From NCBI GenBank assembly GCA_965225945.1, contig CBDDBZ010000027.1, forward strand, positions 97,705-161,704: a stretch of DNA of 64,000 nucleotides, written 5' to 3'. The position numbers and the translations under genes are program-made. This document shows, one piece after another, positions 38,892 to 48,922 of this stretch. This DNA comes from Alphaproteobacteria bacterium (GTDB lineage: Bacteria; Pseudomonadota; Alphaproteobacteria; GCA-2731375). Under the pieces are notes generated by a model. That model made no database searches. It was not told the DNA's origin and was given only the letters and a program-made list of their open reading frames with translations. Every line of letters begins with the position of its first letter. The stretch's first letter is position 1.

Positions 38892-39799
38892 GTGCCGCCA
38901 CCTCTCCCGGCACGGGTTTGGCCTACGGCCTCCAGCGGGTCTGTGCGGCCTGGGGTTTTGCCCGTTCCTCGTTCTACGCCATGAAATCCCGGCAGCAGGC
39001 CACCGCTGAGCGCCCACCAGCAAAGCGCCGGGGACCGAAGCCCTCGATCTCGGACGAGGCTCTGCTGGTGGCCATCGAGGCCGACCTGGAGGCATCCCCC
39101 TGGGAGGGCGAGGGACACCGCAAGGTCTGGGCTCGGCTTCGGGTCTGTCGTGGCATCCGTGTTTCCCGCAAGCGGGTGCTCCGGGTGATGCGCGAGAACA
39201 ACCTGCTCTCGCCCCATCGCTGCCGCCGCCGTGGCGGAAATCCCCATGTCGGTGAGATCATCACCCATGCCCCCAACCTCATGTGGGGCACGGACGGCGT
39301 TCGGGTGTTCACGGTGGACGACGGCTGGGGCTGGATATTCACCGCCATCGAGCATTGGAACGCCGAGTGCGTCGGCTGGCATGTGTGCAAGCGAGGCGAC
39401 CGCTTCGCCGCCCTTCAGCCGATCTCCATGGGGCTTGCGAGGCTGTATGCCTCGACCTCCGCCGGTGCGGCGCGGGGGCTGGCCTTGCGGATGGATCACG
39501 GCTCCCAGTATCTGTCGGACCACTTCACCAACCAGATCAAGTTCTGGGGCATCCAGCCGTCCTACGCCTTCGTCGAACAGCCCCAGACCAACGGCGTCGC
39601 CGAGAGGTTCAATCGCACGCTCAAGGAACAGATCATCCATGGCCGCATCTACCGCAACATCGCGGAGCTGCGGAACGCCGTCCGCGGGTTCGTCGAACAG
39701 TACAATGCCCAGTGGATCGTGGAGAAGAACGGCTACCTGAGCCCCGCTCAAGCTCGTCAGGCGTGGCACACCGCGATGTCACTCAGGCCCGCCGCATGA
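38888..39799 (+). CDS. Transposase OrfB (rve integrase core)
   Basis: GHRKVW, MWGTD, DHGSQY, NGVAERFNRTLKE. Confidence 0.92.
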   Translation: MSAATSPGTGLAYGLQRVCAAWGFARSSFYAMKSRQQATAERPPAKRRGPKPSISDEALLVAIEADLEASPWEGEGHRKVWARLRVCRGIRVSRKRVLRVMRENNLLSPHRCRRRGGNPHVGEIITHAPNLMWGTDGVRVFTVDDGWGWIFTAIEHWNAECVGWHVCKRGDRFAALQPISMGLARLYASTSAGAARGLALRMDHGSQYLSDHFTNQIKFWGIQPSYAFVEQPQTNGVAERFNRTLKEQIIHGRIYRNIAELRNAVRGFVEQYNAQWIVEKNGYLSPAQARQAWHTAMSLRPAA

Positions 39800-40232
39800 G
39801 ACAAACTTGTGTCCAAGGAACCGGGTGCGATACAGCGGGATCTCCCATGAGCGAGGGCATGGGCTGCCAAGCTTCGCCAGCGGCGATCACACAGCTTCGC
39901 CCATTGGGATCGGAGGCGAGCACGGTCCACGTTCCAGCTTCGCTGACGAAGACTTCGAACATGGCTTGCCCGTTCGGCGTCAGCCCGCGCCCGATGACCT
40001 TTTCTTCGAACTTCTCCTCGAGCTGAAGTGCGGCCTCTTCGCGCGGGACACAGAACTCCCGGACGCCCGTGGGTATGGTCTGCGCGGATGCGGGCGCAAT
40101 CGCCAAGACGAAATTGACGAGCAAGCAAAGCACGCCGACGAGAATAAACGGGACGAGGTGATATTCATTGTCACATTGGGTTCCGGTGCCGCGCGTTCGT
40201 AGGTTCGACGACTTGGTGTCGTGGATAGCCAT
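39783..40232 (-). CDS. Hypothetical secreted protein whose stop codon was displaced by the IS
   Basis: C.PR...L..KF.E...G...EVFVS..GTWT...G.SC...GEAW; the original end MGDPA* is reconstituted at 38397-38414. Confidence 0.7.
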   Translation of the reverse strand: MAIHDTKSSNLRTRGTGTQCDNEYHLVPFILVGVLCLLVNFVLAIAPASAQTIPTGVREFCVPREEAALQLEEKFEEKVIGRGLTPNGQAMFEVFVSEAGTWTVLASDPNGRSCVIAAGEAWQPMPSLMGDPAVSHPVPWTQVCLMRRA

Positions 40233-40284
40233 GATTCTCCCCTCCCATGGTCACGGTCGGCGGTCCCCGGCGAAGAGACGACCG

Positions 40285-40491
40285 TCAAGGCGAATGGGTG
40301 CCCGCGATCGGCGGGACATGATCGCGTGCGATTTCGGCGTGCGCGGCTGCGGGCGATAGCGCCATTACGAGGTCGCCAAGCAGCAAGAGGGCGGCGACCA
40401 GAAGGACCAAAACGACGTAATATTCATTGTCCCATCGCATTGCGACAGCGCGCATTCGAATGCTTGAAACTTTATTGTCGTAAATATCCAT
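40285..40491 (-). CDS. Small hypothetical membrane/secreted protein
   Basis: GGAGGGG RBS and a hydrophobic segment; DNEY motif shared with the N-region of the adjacent ORF. Confidence 0.45.
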   Translation of the reverse strand: MDIYDNKVSSIRMRAVAMRWDNEYYVVLVLLVAALLLLGDLVMALSPAAAHAEIARDHVPPIAGTHSP

Positions 40492-40506
40492 GACTGCCCC
40501 TCCGCA

Positions 40507-41725
40507 CAGTACACGACTCGTTCATGTTGGCTTTGGCCTGGGCACCTGGACTGGTGGTTTTCCGGGGACGAGGAAACGAATCAGCTCAATGGCTTGACGC
40601 CTGTCGATAGGATTGACGAGCTGTCGCCTTATCCACTCGAAACCGTATCGGAAGATGGATTTTGCCATCCTTTTGTGGGTTTTGAGGCGGATCGGCTCGG
40701 CCTCGTGGAGCCAATCGCCGACTTTGTGCGCCCAGCAGAAGGTGATGGAAAGGACGGCGGTGAGCTTGGAGATGCGCTCCGGGTCGGTCATGTGGGTGTC
40801 TTCGAGGTTGAAGCCACGGGTTTTCAAGGCGGCGAAGAGGGTCTCGCTTTGCCAGCGCTGGGCGTAGATGGCCAAGGCCTCCTCGGGCGCGTCGTTGGTC
40901 ACGACGATCAACATTTCGCCGGTCTTGAGATGGAGCGCGGCGACGAAGACGGGCCTGGCCTTGGGTTTTCTGGCCTCCGAGAGGCGCCTGGCGTTGGAGA
41001 GGATGCGGCTTTCCCCGGGTTTGAGGTCGCGAAACAGCTCCCTCGCCTTGACCATGCGACCACGCGTGTTGGCGATCTTGATGTTGGATCGGATGCGGAT
41101 GTGAAAGGGGATGGCCTTTTCCTGCAACCATGCCAGCCAGGCGTCGCCGATGAATTCCCGGTCGGCCAGGAGGCTGGCGATCTTGTCGACCCCGAAGAGC
41201 CGGAGGACGTGTTCGAGGATCGCGATCCGCTCCTTGGTATTGGAATTGCCCGCCTTGTCGAGCACCCGCCAGCACACGGGAATGGCGATGGCGCGGTTGA
41301 CGATGCCGATCATCAAGATGTTGACGTCGCGGCGACCCAGCCGCCAGTTGGTCCGGTCCATGGTCAGCCGCCACGGCCCCGCCTGGAGCCCCATCATCGC
41401 GACCAGGAACTCGGCGAGGCGATCGTAATCGAAATCGACTTGCTCGAAAAACCGTTGCAGGCGCCGATAGTTGGAGCTGGATCGCGCGCGCCCCGGAAAG
41501 TGGCAGGCCAAGTGAGAGAGGTTCACCGTCCGGGCGACGAACACGCCGAAGACCAAGACGCAAAGGCTCTCCAGACGGCTCTTGCGAAAGGCGAAGCCGC
41601 ATCGTAGCGTCTCACGCAGGGCGTTGATCGGGTTGTCTCGCATGATTTCCCTCTTGACTCGTCGTGGAGTGAATCGGGAATCCTACAACCTTTTCAACGT
41701 CCTACGTAAATGCCGTCGTGTACCA
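40507..41725 (-). mobile_element. IS4-family element (ends approximate)
   Basis: Short IR GTACACGAC (40509-40517) and GTCGTGTAC (41715-41723). Confidence 0.7.
40522..41643 (-). CDS. IS4 family transposase (DDE_Tnp_1)
   Basis: MDRTNW, ADREFIG, YAQRWQSETLF..LK (YREK-like), GFNLEDTH. Confidence 0.92.
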   Translation of the reverse strand: MRDNPINALRETLRCGFAFRKSRLESLCVLVFGVFVARTVNLSHLACHFPGRARSSSNYRRLQRFFEQVDFDYDRLAEFLVAMMGLQAGPWRLTMDRTNWRLGRRDVNILMIGIVNRAIAIPVCWRVLDKAGNSNTKERIAILEHVLRLFGVDKIASLLADREFIGDAWLAWLQEKAIPFHIRIRSNIKIANTRGRMVKARELFRDLKPGESRILSNARRLSEARKPKARPVFVAALHLKTGEMLIVVTNDAPEEALAIYAQRWQSETLFAALKTRGFNLEDTHMTDPERISKLTAVLSITFCWAHKVGDWLHEAEPIRLKTHKRMAKSIFRYGFEWIRRQLVNPIDRRQAIELIRFLVPGKPPVQVPRPKPT

Positions 41726-41896
41726 TGGCCCCTCCGATAAATTGCGCCCGCCGGTCCTCGGCGAGGGCCCAATCGACGCCGTGCGTTGAAGGTGACGCGG
41801 GTTGGTCCGGAGTTTAAGTTTCTCGCCGTTAACAGCCGGCGCCACGAGGTTCGATCTTGAGCCACTCGGTTAGAAACTACGTATTGTTATCAATAT

Positions 41897-41917
41897 GTTA
41901 CGGTTTGTAACCGTTAC
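41897..41917. promoter_or_regulatory. Candidate operator GTTACGGTTTGTAACCGTTAC in an AT-rich divergent promoter
   Basis: Three GTTAC/GTAAC units within an AT-rich patch upstream of the TPR regulator. Confidence 0.4.
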
Positions 41918-42133
41918 TTTTGCCAAGTCGGCTGGGATGACCCTCGGCTTGCTCCATCGTCCTGCGCCAAGTGGCGCTAGCGCGATCGGCGGGTGGGCGA
42001 CAAAGGCCCTGAAGGTTGACAATCAGGTTCCGGGCGTCTCTCGATCGTGAGACCATGGAGAGGCGGCTCGATCCAATCACCGACCTGGAACATGGACCTG
42101 GACCGCAACCTCCGTGGCCATGCGACGACGCCA

Positions 42134-44086
42134 ATGAACCAGCGGAACCGGGACCGTCTCGACGACCAAGAGACCGCTCGAATGCCGTCGCCGGCGGCGG
42201 TGAGGACGCAGTTGCAGGTGATCCTGTCGAGCGCGACGTTCGCGCAGTCGCGCCGGCAACAGGCATTCCTTCGATTCGTCGTCGAGGAGACCCTGGCCGG
42301 CCGGGCCGATGGCCTGAAGGAGTACTCCATCGCCCTGGACGTGTTCGATCGCGACGACTCCTTTGATCCCCAGACCAACTCGATCGTGCGCGTCGAGGCG
42401 AGCCGCTTGCGGGGCAAGCTTCGGAAATACTACGCGACGACCGGTCGCGACGACCCCGTGGAGATCGCAATTCCCACCGGGACCTATGTACCGACGTTCG
42501 CCCCAACCGGTCGAGACGAAAGGCCCAGGAGCCCGGAGAACGACGCGGACATCACCCCGGGGCCGAAGGCATCGGCGTCGCCGGCCCGGTGGATCGCGCT
42601 GGCGGCCTTCGTGGCCGTCGCCGTCGCCGGGGCCTTCCTCGTTCCCGAATTCCTGAGCGGTGAACCCGAGACACGGGCACCGGCCGCTCGGGAAGACGGC
42701 AGGTATTCGATTGCCGTTCTTCCGTTGCGCAATCTATCGAACGAAGAGGGTCAGGAGTTCCTGAGCGACGGCCTGACCGATGCGCTGATCACCAGCCTGG
42801 CGCAACGCAAGGAGCTCCATGTGATCTCGTTGACGTCGGTGATGGCGTACAAGAACCTGAACCGACCGATCGCCGAAATCGCGCGCGAACTGAAGGTCGA
42901 CCACATCGTGGAGGGATCGGTGTTGCGAAGTAGAAATCGCGTGCGGATAACCGCGCAGTTGATCGAGGCCGCGACCGATCGTCACCTCTGGGCGGAAAGC
43001 TACGAGCGGGATTTGTCGGACGTGATCACGATGCAAGGGGAGGTTTCCCGCCGCATCGTCGCCTCGCTCTCGGGAAAGGTCACCGGATTATCGACCGACG
43101 CGTCCGATGAGACGAAGTCCGTCGCGCCAGAGGCTCAAGAAGCCTATCTGAAGGGCCTGTACTTTCGGAACCAGATGACCGAGCAGGGCTTCGAGAAGGG
43201 CATCGCCTATTTCAAGATGGCGATCGAGCGCGAACCCGAATTCGCCCGAGCCTATTCCGGCTTGGCTACCTGCTTTTGTCTGCTGGGCGGCCATGGCTTC
43301 GAAATCGTCGAGCCCGGCGAGAGCATGCCGGTGGCGAGAAACGCCGTGCTGGAAGCGATGCGGCTCGACCAAAGGCTGGCCGAGCCGCATGCCTTTATGG
43401 GCGTCATCCGCCTCAAGTTCGACTGGGACTGGCCGGGCGCCGAGGCGTCGTTCAAGCGCTCGATCGAGCTCAATCCGAACTACCCGCTGGCGCGGATCTT
43501 CTACAGTTTCTATCTCGAAGCCATGGGCCGGCCCGAGGCGGCGATTCGCGAGGCGGAGGTGGCGCGTTCCCTCGACCCGCTGTCGCTGCAAGCGAACACC
43601 AATCTCGGTTGGCAATATCTGCGGGCCGGACGGCGGGAGGACGCGCGCCGGCAATTCGAGGCCACGCGCGAGCTGGCACCGAATTTCTGGGGCGTCCATT
43701 GGGGGCTGGGGCACTACCATCGCCGAAAGGGCGCCTTCGCCGAGGCCATCGAGTCGTTCCAAGGCGCGATCGATTTGGGCGGCGGGCATGCGTTGCCCAT
43801 CGCCGACCTCGGCTACGTCTACGCGATCGCCGGCAAGCGGGCCGAAGCGCTCGACGTTCTGGCGGAACTGGAGGCGATGGCCGAGAAGGGCTACGTCTCA
43901 CCCTACACCATGGCGACGATTCACGTCGGCTTGGGCGAGTTCGACGCGGCTTTCACCCGCTTGGAGGAGGCCTATCGGAAGCGTTCGCGCTCGCTGGTCT
44001 GGCTCAACGTCGCCGAAGAATACGACGGCCTGCGCTCGGATCCGAGGTTCCAGGCGCTGTTGAAACGAATTGGCTTGCCGCGATAG
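42134..44086 (+). CDS. Membrane-anchored TolB-like/TPR protein with an N-terminal putative DNA-binding domain
   Basis: FDPQTNSIVRVEASRLR..L..YY; single TM; SIAVLPL.NLS, EGSV, HLWAE.Y.R; TPR repeats; LRSDPRF. Start uncertain. Confidence 0.85.
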   Translation: MNQRNRDRLDDQETARMPSPAAVRTQLQVILSSATFAQSRRQQAFLRFVVEETLAGRADGLKEYSIALDVFDRDDSFDPQTNSIVRVEASRLRGKLRKYYATTGRDDPVEIAIPTGTYVPTFAPTGRDERPRSPENDADITPGPKASASPARWIALAAFVAVAVAGAFLVPEFLSGEPETRAPAAREDGRYSIAVLPLRNLSNEEGQEFLSDGLTDALITSLAQRKELHVISLTSVMAYKNLNRPIAEIARELKVDHIVEGSVLRSRNRVRITAQLIEAATDRHLWAESYERDLSDVITMQGEVSRRIVASLSGKVTGLSTDASDETKSVAPEAQEAYLKGLYFRNQMTEQGFEKGIAYFKMAIEREPEFARAYSGLATCFCLLGGHGFEIVEPGESMPVARNAVLEAMRLDQRLAEPHAFMGVIRLKFDWDWPGAEASFKRSIELNPNYPLARIFYSFYLEAMGRPEAAIREAEVARSLDPLSLQANTNLGWQYLRAGRREDARRQFEATRELAPNFWGVHWGLGHYHRRKGAFAEAIESFQGAIDLGGGHALPIADLGYVYAIAGKRAEALDVLAELEAMAEKGYVSPYTMATIHVGLGEFDAAFTRLEEAYRKRSRSLVWLNVAEEYDGLRSDPRFQALLKRIGLPR

Positions 44087-44238
44087 CCGTCGGCGCGGCT
44101 CCACATTTTCATTTGTTTGTTGAATTGCAAGAATAAGCTCAGAAGCTTGCAAACTCGCGCCCCGGCGCTCTGGCACGGCCGAATCAATCTGGGAAAAAAC
44201 ACACCCTGATGAAACCGAGGGATTTTTTACCGGTCAGC

Positions 44239-44595
44239 TCAATACGGCTGGTCGCCCCGGATCAGAATTCGGTAGAGCATCCGATGCTGGCCGCGGTCGT
44301 AGTCGAAGCCGGCCTTGTGCATCGCCGAGCGGTTGTCGATCAGCAACATGTCGCCGAGGCGATATTCGTGGGTGTAGACGAACTCTGGCCGGATCGCCGT
44401 TTCCAGAAGCTCGCCGAAGAGCTCGCCCGTCGCCTGAAATTCGCCGGCGGTGAACCGTTGATCGCGGATCACCCGGGCCACATGGTCGACCAGCGCGTCG
44501 TGGCGAGCCCCACGGATCTCCGCGTCGATCGGCCCGCGCAGGTCCAGGCCCCCCACCTCGGCGCCGATGTGCCGCTTGATCTCGGCGATCTTCAT
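44239..44595 (-). pseudogene. TauD/TfdA dioxygenase with a large in-frame internal deletion
   Basis: N-terminal IGAEV.GLDL...RDQ...FGEL fused to C-terminal GDMLLIDNRSAMH...R; the HxD motif region is missing. Confidence 0.8.
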
Positions 44596-44741
44596 CGGCT
44601 GTTTTTCGCCGAGCCCGTTCGGGCCTCCCAATTCCGGCTGGCGGCGGGGCCTCGCCCCGCGCAGCGATGAAATGTTACCACCACCTCCGAATATGATCCG
44701 CGCCCGCCCGAGGTGGCGCGCGACGCAGGGGGAGGAGCCGA

Positions 44742-45494
44742 GTGGATCCGTTGTTTGATTTTTCCGCCAAGGTGGTGCTGATCACCGGCGGGAGCCGGGG
44801 CCTGGGCAAGGCGATGGCGCGCGCCTTCGCCGAACGGGGGGCCAATCTCGTCATCGCCAGCCGTAATTTGGAGGCTTGCGAAAAGCTCGCCGCCGAGCTC
44901 GAGACGCTCGGCGTCGAGGCGATGGGCTACCGCTGCCATGTCGGCCACTGGGCGGAGCTCGACGGCCTGGTCGAGGCGGCCTACGACCGTTTTGGGCGCC
45001 TCGACGTGCTGATCAACAACGCCGGCCTCTCGCCGCTCTACCCGAGCCTGGTCGAGGTCTCGGAAGAGCTCTTCGACAAGGTGGTGGCGCTCAACCTCAA
45101 GGCGCCGTTCCGGCTCTCGGCGCTGGTGGCCACGCGCATGGCCGAGGGCGCGGGCGGCGCCATCATCAACATCTCCAGCACCGCCTCGCTCCGCCCGACG
45201 CCCGAGGCCGAGCCTTACGGCGCGGCCAAGGCCGGCCTCAACGCGCTGACCCGCTCGCTCGCCTGGGAATACGGACCCGGGGTCCGGGTCAACTGCATCG
45301 TCGCCGGCCCGTTCCTGACCGACATCTCCAAGGCCTGGGACATGGAAGCCTTCGAGCGCCGTGCCCAAAGCACGATGGCGATTCCCAGGGGCGGCGCGCC
45401 GGAGGAGATCGTCGCCGCCGCGCTCTATCTCGCCGGTCCCGGCGCCGCCTTCACCACCGGCAGCACAATCCGCGTCGACGGCGGCACGCCCTGA
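44742..45494 (+). CDS. SDR family oxidoreductase
   Basis: TGGSRGLG, NNAG, YGAAK. Confidence 0.93.
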   Translation: MDPLFDFSAKVVLITGGSRGLGKAMARAFAERGANLVIASRNLEACEKLAAELETLGVEAMGYRCHVGHWAELDGLVEAAYDRFGRLDVLINNAGLSPLYPSLVEVSEELFDKVVALNLKAPFRLSALVATRMAEGAGGAIINISSTASLRPTPEAEPYGAAKAGLNALTRSLAWEYGPGVRVNCIVAGPFLTDISKAWDMEAFERRAQSTMAIPRGGAPEEIVAAALYLAGPGAAFTTGSTIRVDGGTP

Positions 45495-45598
45495 GCTGTC
45501 TGAATCGGCGAAGTTCTTCCCTCCGATGGCCCGGATAGGGTATATCGGGGAGGGGCGCGCCCGCGGCGCGTCGCGCAACGACGAAGGAGGAGGACGAG

Positions 45599-46033
45599 AT
45601 GAGCATGCAGGCGGCACAGACTGACGATTCCCTCGAAGGCGGGCGCACGGGCGGCGTCGTCGTCGCGAAGAAGTCCAAGCCGAAGATGGTGGCGGGCCGG
45701 CGCGACTTCATGACCTATCGCGAGCTCGGCGTCACCGAGGCGAGCAACGGCAAGATCCGGGCCCAGGTCACCGCCTCCTCGCAAGGCCTCTCAGAGCCGA
45801 CCGGCTGGCACTTCCATATCTGCGAGGGCCAGTTCGTCTACCTGCTGAGCGGCTGGGTCGAGCTCGAGTTCGAGGACGGCAAGGTGACCGTCGAGGCGGG
45901 CGATTCGATTTACATCCCCGGCGGCACGCCGCACAACGAGACCCGCACGTCGGATAGTTTCGAAGTTGTCGAGATCTCGGTTCCGGCCGACATGGGCACC
46001 GAGGTCTGCGCGCCGCCGGCCGGGCGCGCATAG
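45599..46033 (+). CDS. Cupin domain protein
   Basis: GWHFH...QFVY..GD...IP...PHNE. Confidence 0.88.
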   Translation: MSMQAAQTDDSLEGGRTGGVVVAKKSKPKMVAGRRDFMTYRELGVTEASNGKIRAQVTASSQGLSEPTGWHFHICEGQFVYLLSGWVELEFEDGKVTVEAGDSIYIPGGTPHNETRTSDSFEVVEISVPADMGTEVCAPPAGRA

Positions 46034-46095
46034 GCCGGCGCTGGCGCCGAGGGCGCCGGGCGCGGCGTTCGGGGCCGGGGTTTATTACGTGCGCG

Positions 46096-46611
46096 TCACT
46101 GGCGCCTGGGGTCAGGCGTCATGGTCTTTTGCCCGTAGGCCCCGAAGACATAGTCGCCTTCCCAACGGCGGACGGAGTGGACCGGCGTGACGATCGAGCG
46201 GTAAAACACCTCACCGCCGTCTCGATGCGAATAGCGACCATTGCAATACATGGGCCGGCCTTCTCTGAGGGCGCGTTCGCAGCTCCGAGAGATCCGGGGC
46301 TCGATCTGTTCCGGCAGCACGGCACCGAGGGTGAGGCCGATCGGATCGACGACGAGGGAGGCTGCCATGCTTCCTTCGCATAGAATGAAGACGGAATGGC
46401 TGACATGAGAGTCGATTCGCAACAGAAAACAGTTTTCCCGGATCCCGTGGTGTCGGCTGAGAGCCAAATCGGCGAGCGTGGGTGGACTCGATCCGTCCCC
46501 GCGGATCCGTTGCCAATGGGCTAGAATCCGATCGGCAATGCGACGCCCGCCGCCCGGGGATGACGCGTTCGAGGCGCCTCTGACCAAAGGCGGGCCGAGC
46601 GGATCGATCAT
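46096..46611 (-). CDS. PAS-like domain protein (PAS_5 type)
   Basis: LAHWQRIRG....P and YRSIVTP......YVFG pattern. Confidence 0.6.
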   Translation of the reverse strand: MIDPLGPPLVRGASNASSPGGGRRIADRILAHWQRIRGDGSSPPTLADLALSRHHGIRENCFLLRIDSHVSHSVFILCEGSMAASLVVDPIGLTLGAVLPEQIEPRISRSCERALREGRPMYCNGRYSHRDGGEVFYRSIVTPVHSVRRWEGDYVFGAYGQKTMTPDPRRQ

Positions 46612-46953
46612 GTCGTTTCCCTCGCCTTGAAATCCGGGTGCCGTTCGCGTCGGCACCTCGACTTGTTATGGTTAACGACATGGGCGGGATTGTTCTTCCT
46701 GGGTATGACGACCATCACAAGCGGCGCTGCCCGACGGTAAAAAATGGGCGACCGCTTCGAAGCCATTCCGAACCCCGGGGTCGCGACCATGGCGGCCATG
46801 ACGGCAGCGACAGTCTTGGCCAGGGAAGAGCCTCGAGAACCCGAGGAGGCGACGGAGGTCGCCGCCGAGGGCACGCATCACGGCATCGGCCCGCTCACCC
46901 GGGCGGCCCTTCGGACGGGTGTGCCCTATCTTCTCGATAAACGGATGCTGCTC

Positions 46954-48136
46954 TAGTGTCCTGATCGATAAATTGATATGATTATGTCTCTATTTGTTTT
47001 CAGGAGGCGCGATTGATGGCGAGAGTGGCGGTGACGATCTCTTTGAGCGATGACGAGCGCGCCGAATTGGAGGCGCTGTCTCGTCGTCGCAAGACGTCGC
47101 AGGGGCTTGCGCGGCGGGCTCGGATCGTCTTGGCGGCGGCGGAAGGGTTGGAGAACAAGGAGATCGCCGTTCGTCTCGAGGCGAGCGCGGACACCGTGGG
47201 CAAGTGGCGTCGCCGCTATGCGGCGGAGGGCCTCGACGGTCTGTACGACGAACCCCGCCCCGGCGCGCCGCGTCAAATCGGCGATGACGCCATCGCGGAA
47301 GCGGTCCGGCTGACGCTGGAAGAGACGCCGCCGGACGCGACCCATTGGAGCCTTCGCTCGATGGCGCGGGCGAGCGGCCACGCGCCCTCGACCATTCATC
47401 GCATTTGGCGGGCCTTCGGCTTGCAGCCGCATCGCTCGGAGACCTTCAAGCTGTCGAGCGATCCCTTCTTCGTGGAGAAGGTCCGCGACATCGTCGGTCT
47501 GTATTTGGCGCCGCCGGATCGTGCCCTGGTTCTCTGTGTCGACGAAAAGAGCCAGATCCAGGCCCTGGACCGTTCCCAGCCCCTCTTGCCGATGCGCCCC
47601 GGGCAGGCGGAGCGGCGCAGCCACGACTACAAGCGCCACGGCACGACCTCTCTCTTCGCGGCCCTCGACATCGCCACGGGAGAGGTCATCGGCAAATGTT
47701 TCCCGCGCCATCGGGCCCGAGAGTTCCGCAAATTCCTCGACCTCGTCGAGGCGAACGTCCCTGGTGATCTCGACATCCACATCGTCATGGACAACTACGG
47801 GACCCACAAGACCAAGGCGATCCGCGACTGGTTCGCCAAACGGCCGCGCTGGCAGGCCCATTTCACACCCACCAGCGCCTCCTGGCTGAACCAGGTCGAG
47901 CGCTGGTTCGGGCTGCTGACCGACAAGCAGATCAGGCGCGGCGTCCATCGCTCCACCAAGGAGCTGGAGCGCACCATCCTCGACTACATCGACACGACAA
48001 ACCAGAACCCCAAACTCTTCAAATGGACCAAATCCGCCGATGACATCCTCGGCGCCATCCAGCGCTTCTGCCTCCGAACAATCGAAATCGCTGAACAGCA
48101 GGCGAAAATCATGCGAACTTCGGAATCGGGACACTA
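46954..48136 (+). mobile_element. IS630-family element inserted at a CTAG
   Basis: Ends CTAGTGTCCTGAT and ATCGGGACACTAG. Confidence 0.9.
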
Positions 48137-48137
48137 G
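47016..48137 (+). CDS. IS630 family transposase
   Basis: [35 protein letters not shown]. Confidence 0.95.
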   Translation: MARVAVTISLSDDERAELEALSRRRKTSQGLARRARIVLAAAEGLENKEIAVRLEASADTVGKWRRRYAAEGLDGLYDEPRPGAPRQIGDDAIAEAVRLTLEETPPDATHWSLRSMARASGHAPSTIHRIWRAFGLQPHRSETFKLSSDPFFVEKVRDIVGLYLAPPDRALVLCVDEKSQIQALDRSQPLLPMRPGQAERRSHDYKRHGTTSLFAALDIATGEVIGKCFPRHRAREFRKFLDLVEANVPGDLDIHIVMDNYGTHKTKAIRDWFAKRPRWQAHFTPTSASWLNQVERWFGLLTDKQIRRGVHRSTKELERTILDYIDTTNQNPKLFKWTKSADDILGAIQRFCLRTIEIAEQQAKIMRTSESGH

Positions 48138-48829
48138 GCGGCGGCTTCCATTGTCCGTGGTTCTCTCAGGACATAGCCGCGGCCCCACAGCGTATCGATG
48201 TAACTTGCGCCGTCGGCTGCGGCGCCGAGTTTCTTGCGCAGCTTGCAGATGAACACGTCGATGATCTTGCTCTCCGGTTCGTCCCTGCCGCCATAGAGGT
48301 GAGCGAGGAACATCGCCTTGCTCACCGCCATGCCCTTGCGCGTCGCCAGGAGTTCCAGAATCTCGTATTCCTTGACCGTGAGGTGGATCTCTCGATTCGC
48401 CGCCTTCACCAGCTTGGCGTCGAGATCGATCGAGAGCGCGCCGACCCGAACGATCGACGAAGGACGCCGCATCGCGCGCCGCAAGACGGCGCCGATGCGC
48501 GCAACGAGTTCGCGTCGATCGAACGGCTTGGTCAAATAGTCGTCGGCGCCCTGGCGCAGGCCCGTCGCCTTGATGCCCGGTTCGGACAGTCCGGAGAGAA
48601 TGAGCACCGGAGTTTCGATCTTGGCGCGGCGCAATCTCTTCAGCACTTCATGGCCGTCGAGGTCGGGCAGGCCCAGATCGAGAATGATGATGTCGAATGC
48701 ATGCCGCGTGACGAGTTCGACGGCTCGCTGGCCCAGCTCCGTCGTCTGGACCTCGTAGCTCTCGCACTCGAGCATCAGCTCGATAGCCTTGGCGGTGGTC
48801 GCGTCGTCTTCGATCAGGAGTCCCCGCAT
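48134..48829 (-). CDS. CtrA-like response regulator (divergent paralog)
   Basis: LLIEDD.TTA..IELML; LHLT.KEY..LELL..RKG; [23 protein letters not shown]; [10 protein letters not shown]. Confidence 0.88.
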   Translation of the reverse strand: MRGLLIEDDATTAKAIELMLECESYEVQTTELGQRAVELVTRHAFDIIILDLGLPDLDGHEVLKRLRRAKIETPVLILSGLSEPGIKATGLRQGADDYLTKPFDRRELVARIGAVLRRAMRRPSSIVRVGALSIDLDAKLVKAANREIHLTVKEYEILELLATRKGMAVSKAMFLAHLYGGRDEPESKIIDVFICKLRKKLGAAADGASYIDTLWGRGYVLREPRTMEAAA

Positions 48830-48922
48830 CTTTCCCCGTCCTCTCCGTCGTGTTGGCGAGCCGCCCGCGATGAATCGAAAGCCCCCGTGGCTGCGTCATT
48901 CATCAGTCTGAGTTTTTAATTT

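Larger units (their letters stand above)
38415..39834 (+). mobile_element. IS3/IS481-like element with a 14-bp TSD
   Basis: TG...CA ends; TIR core CCG.TT(T)CCTTGGACAC; GCGGGATCTCCCAT at 38401-38414 and 39835-39848. Confidence 0.92.

Noticed and set aside
46744-46956. 70-aa ORF before IS630
   Set aside because: No recognisable motif; it ends in a repeat-element remnant at the IS junction.
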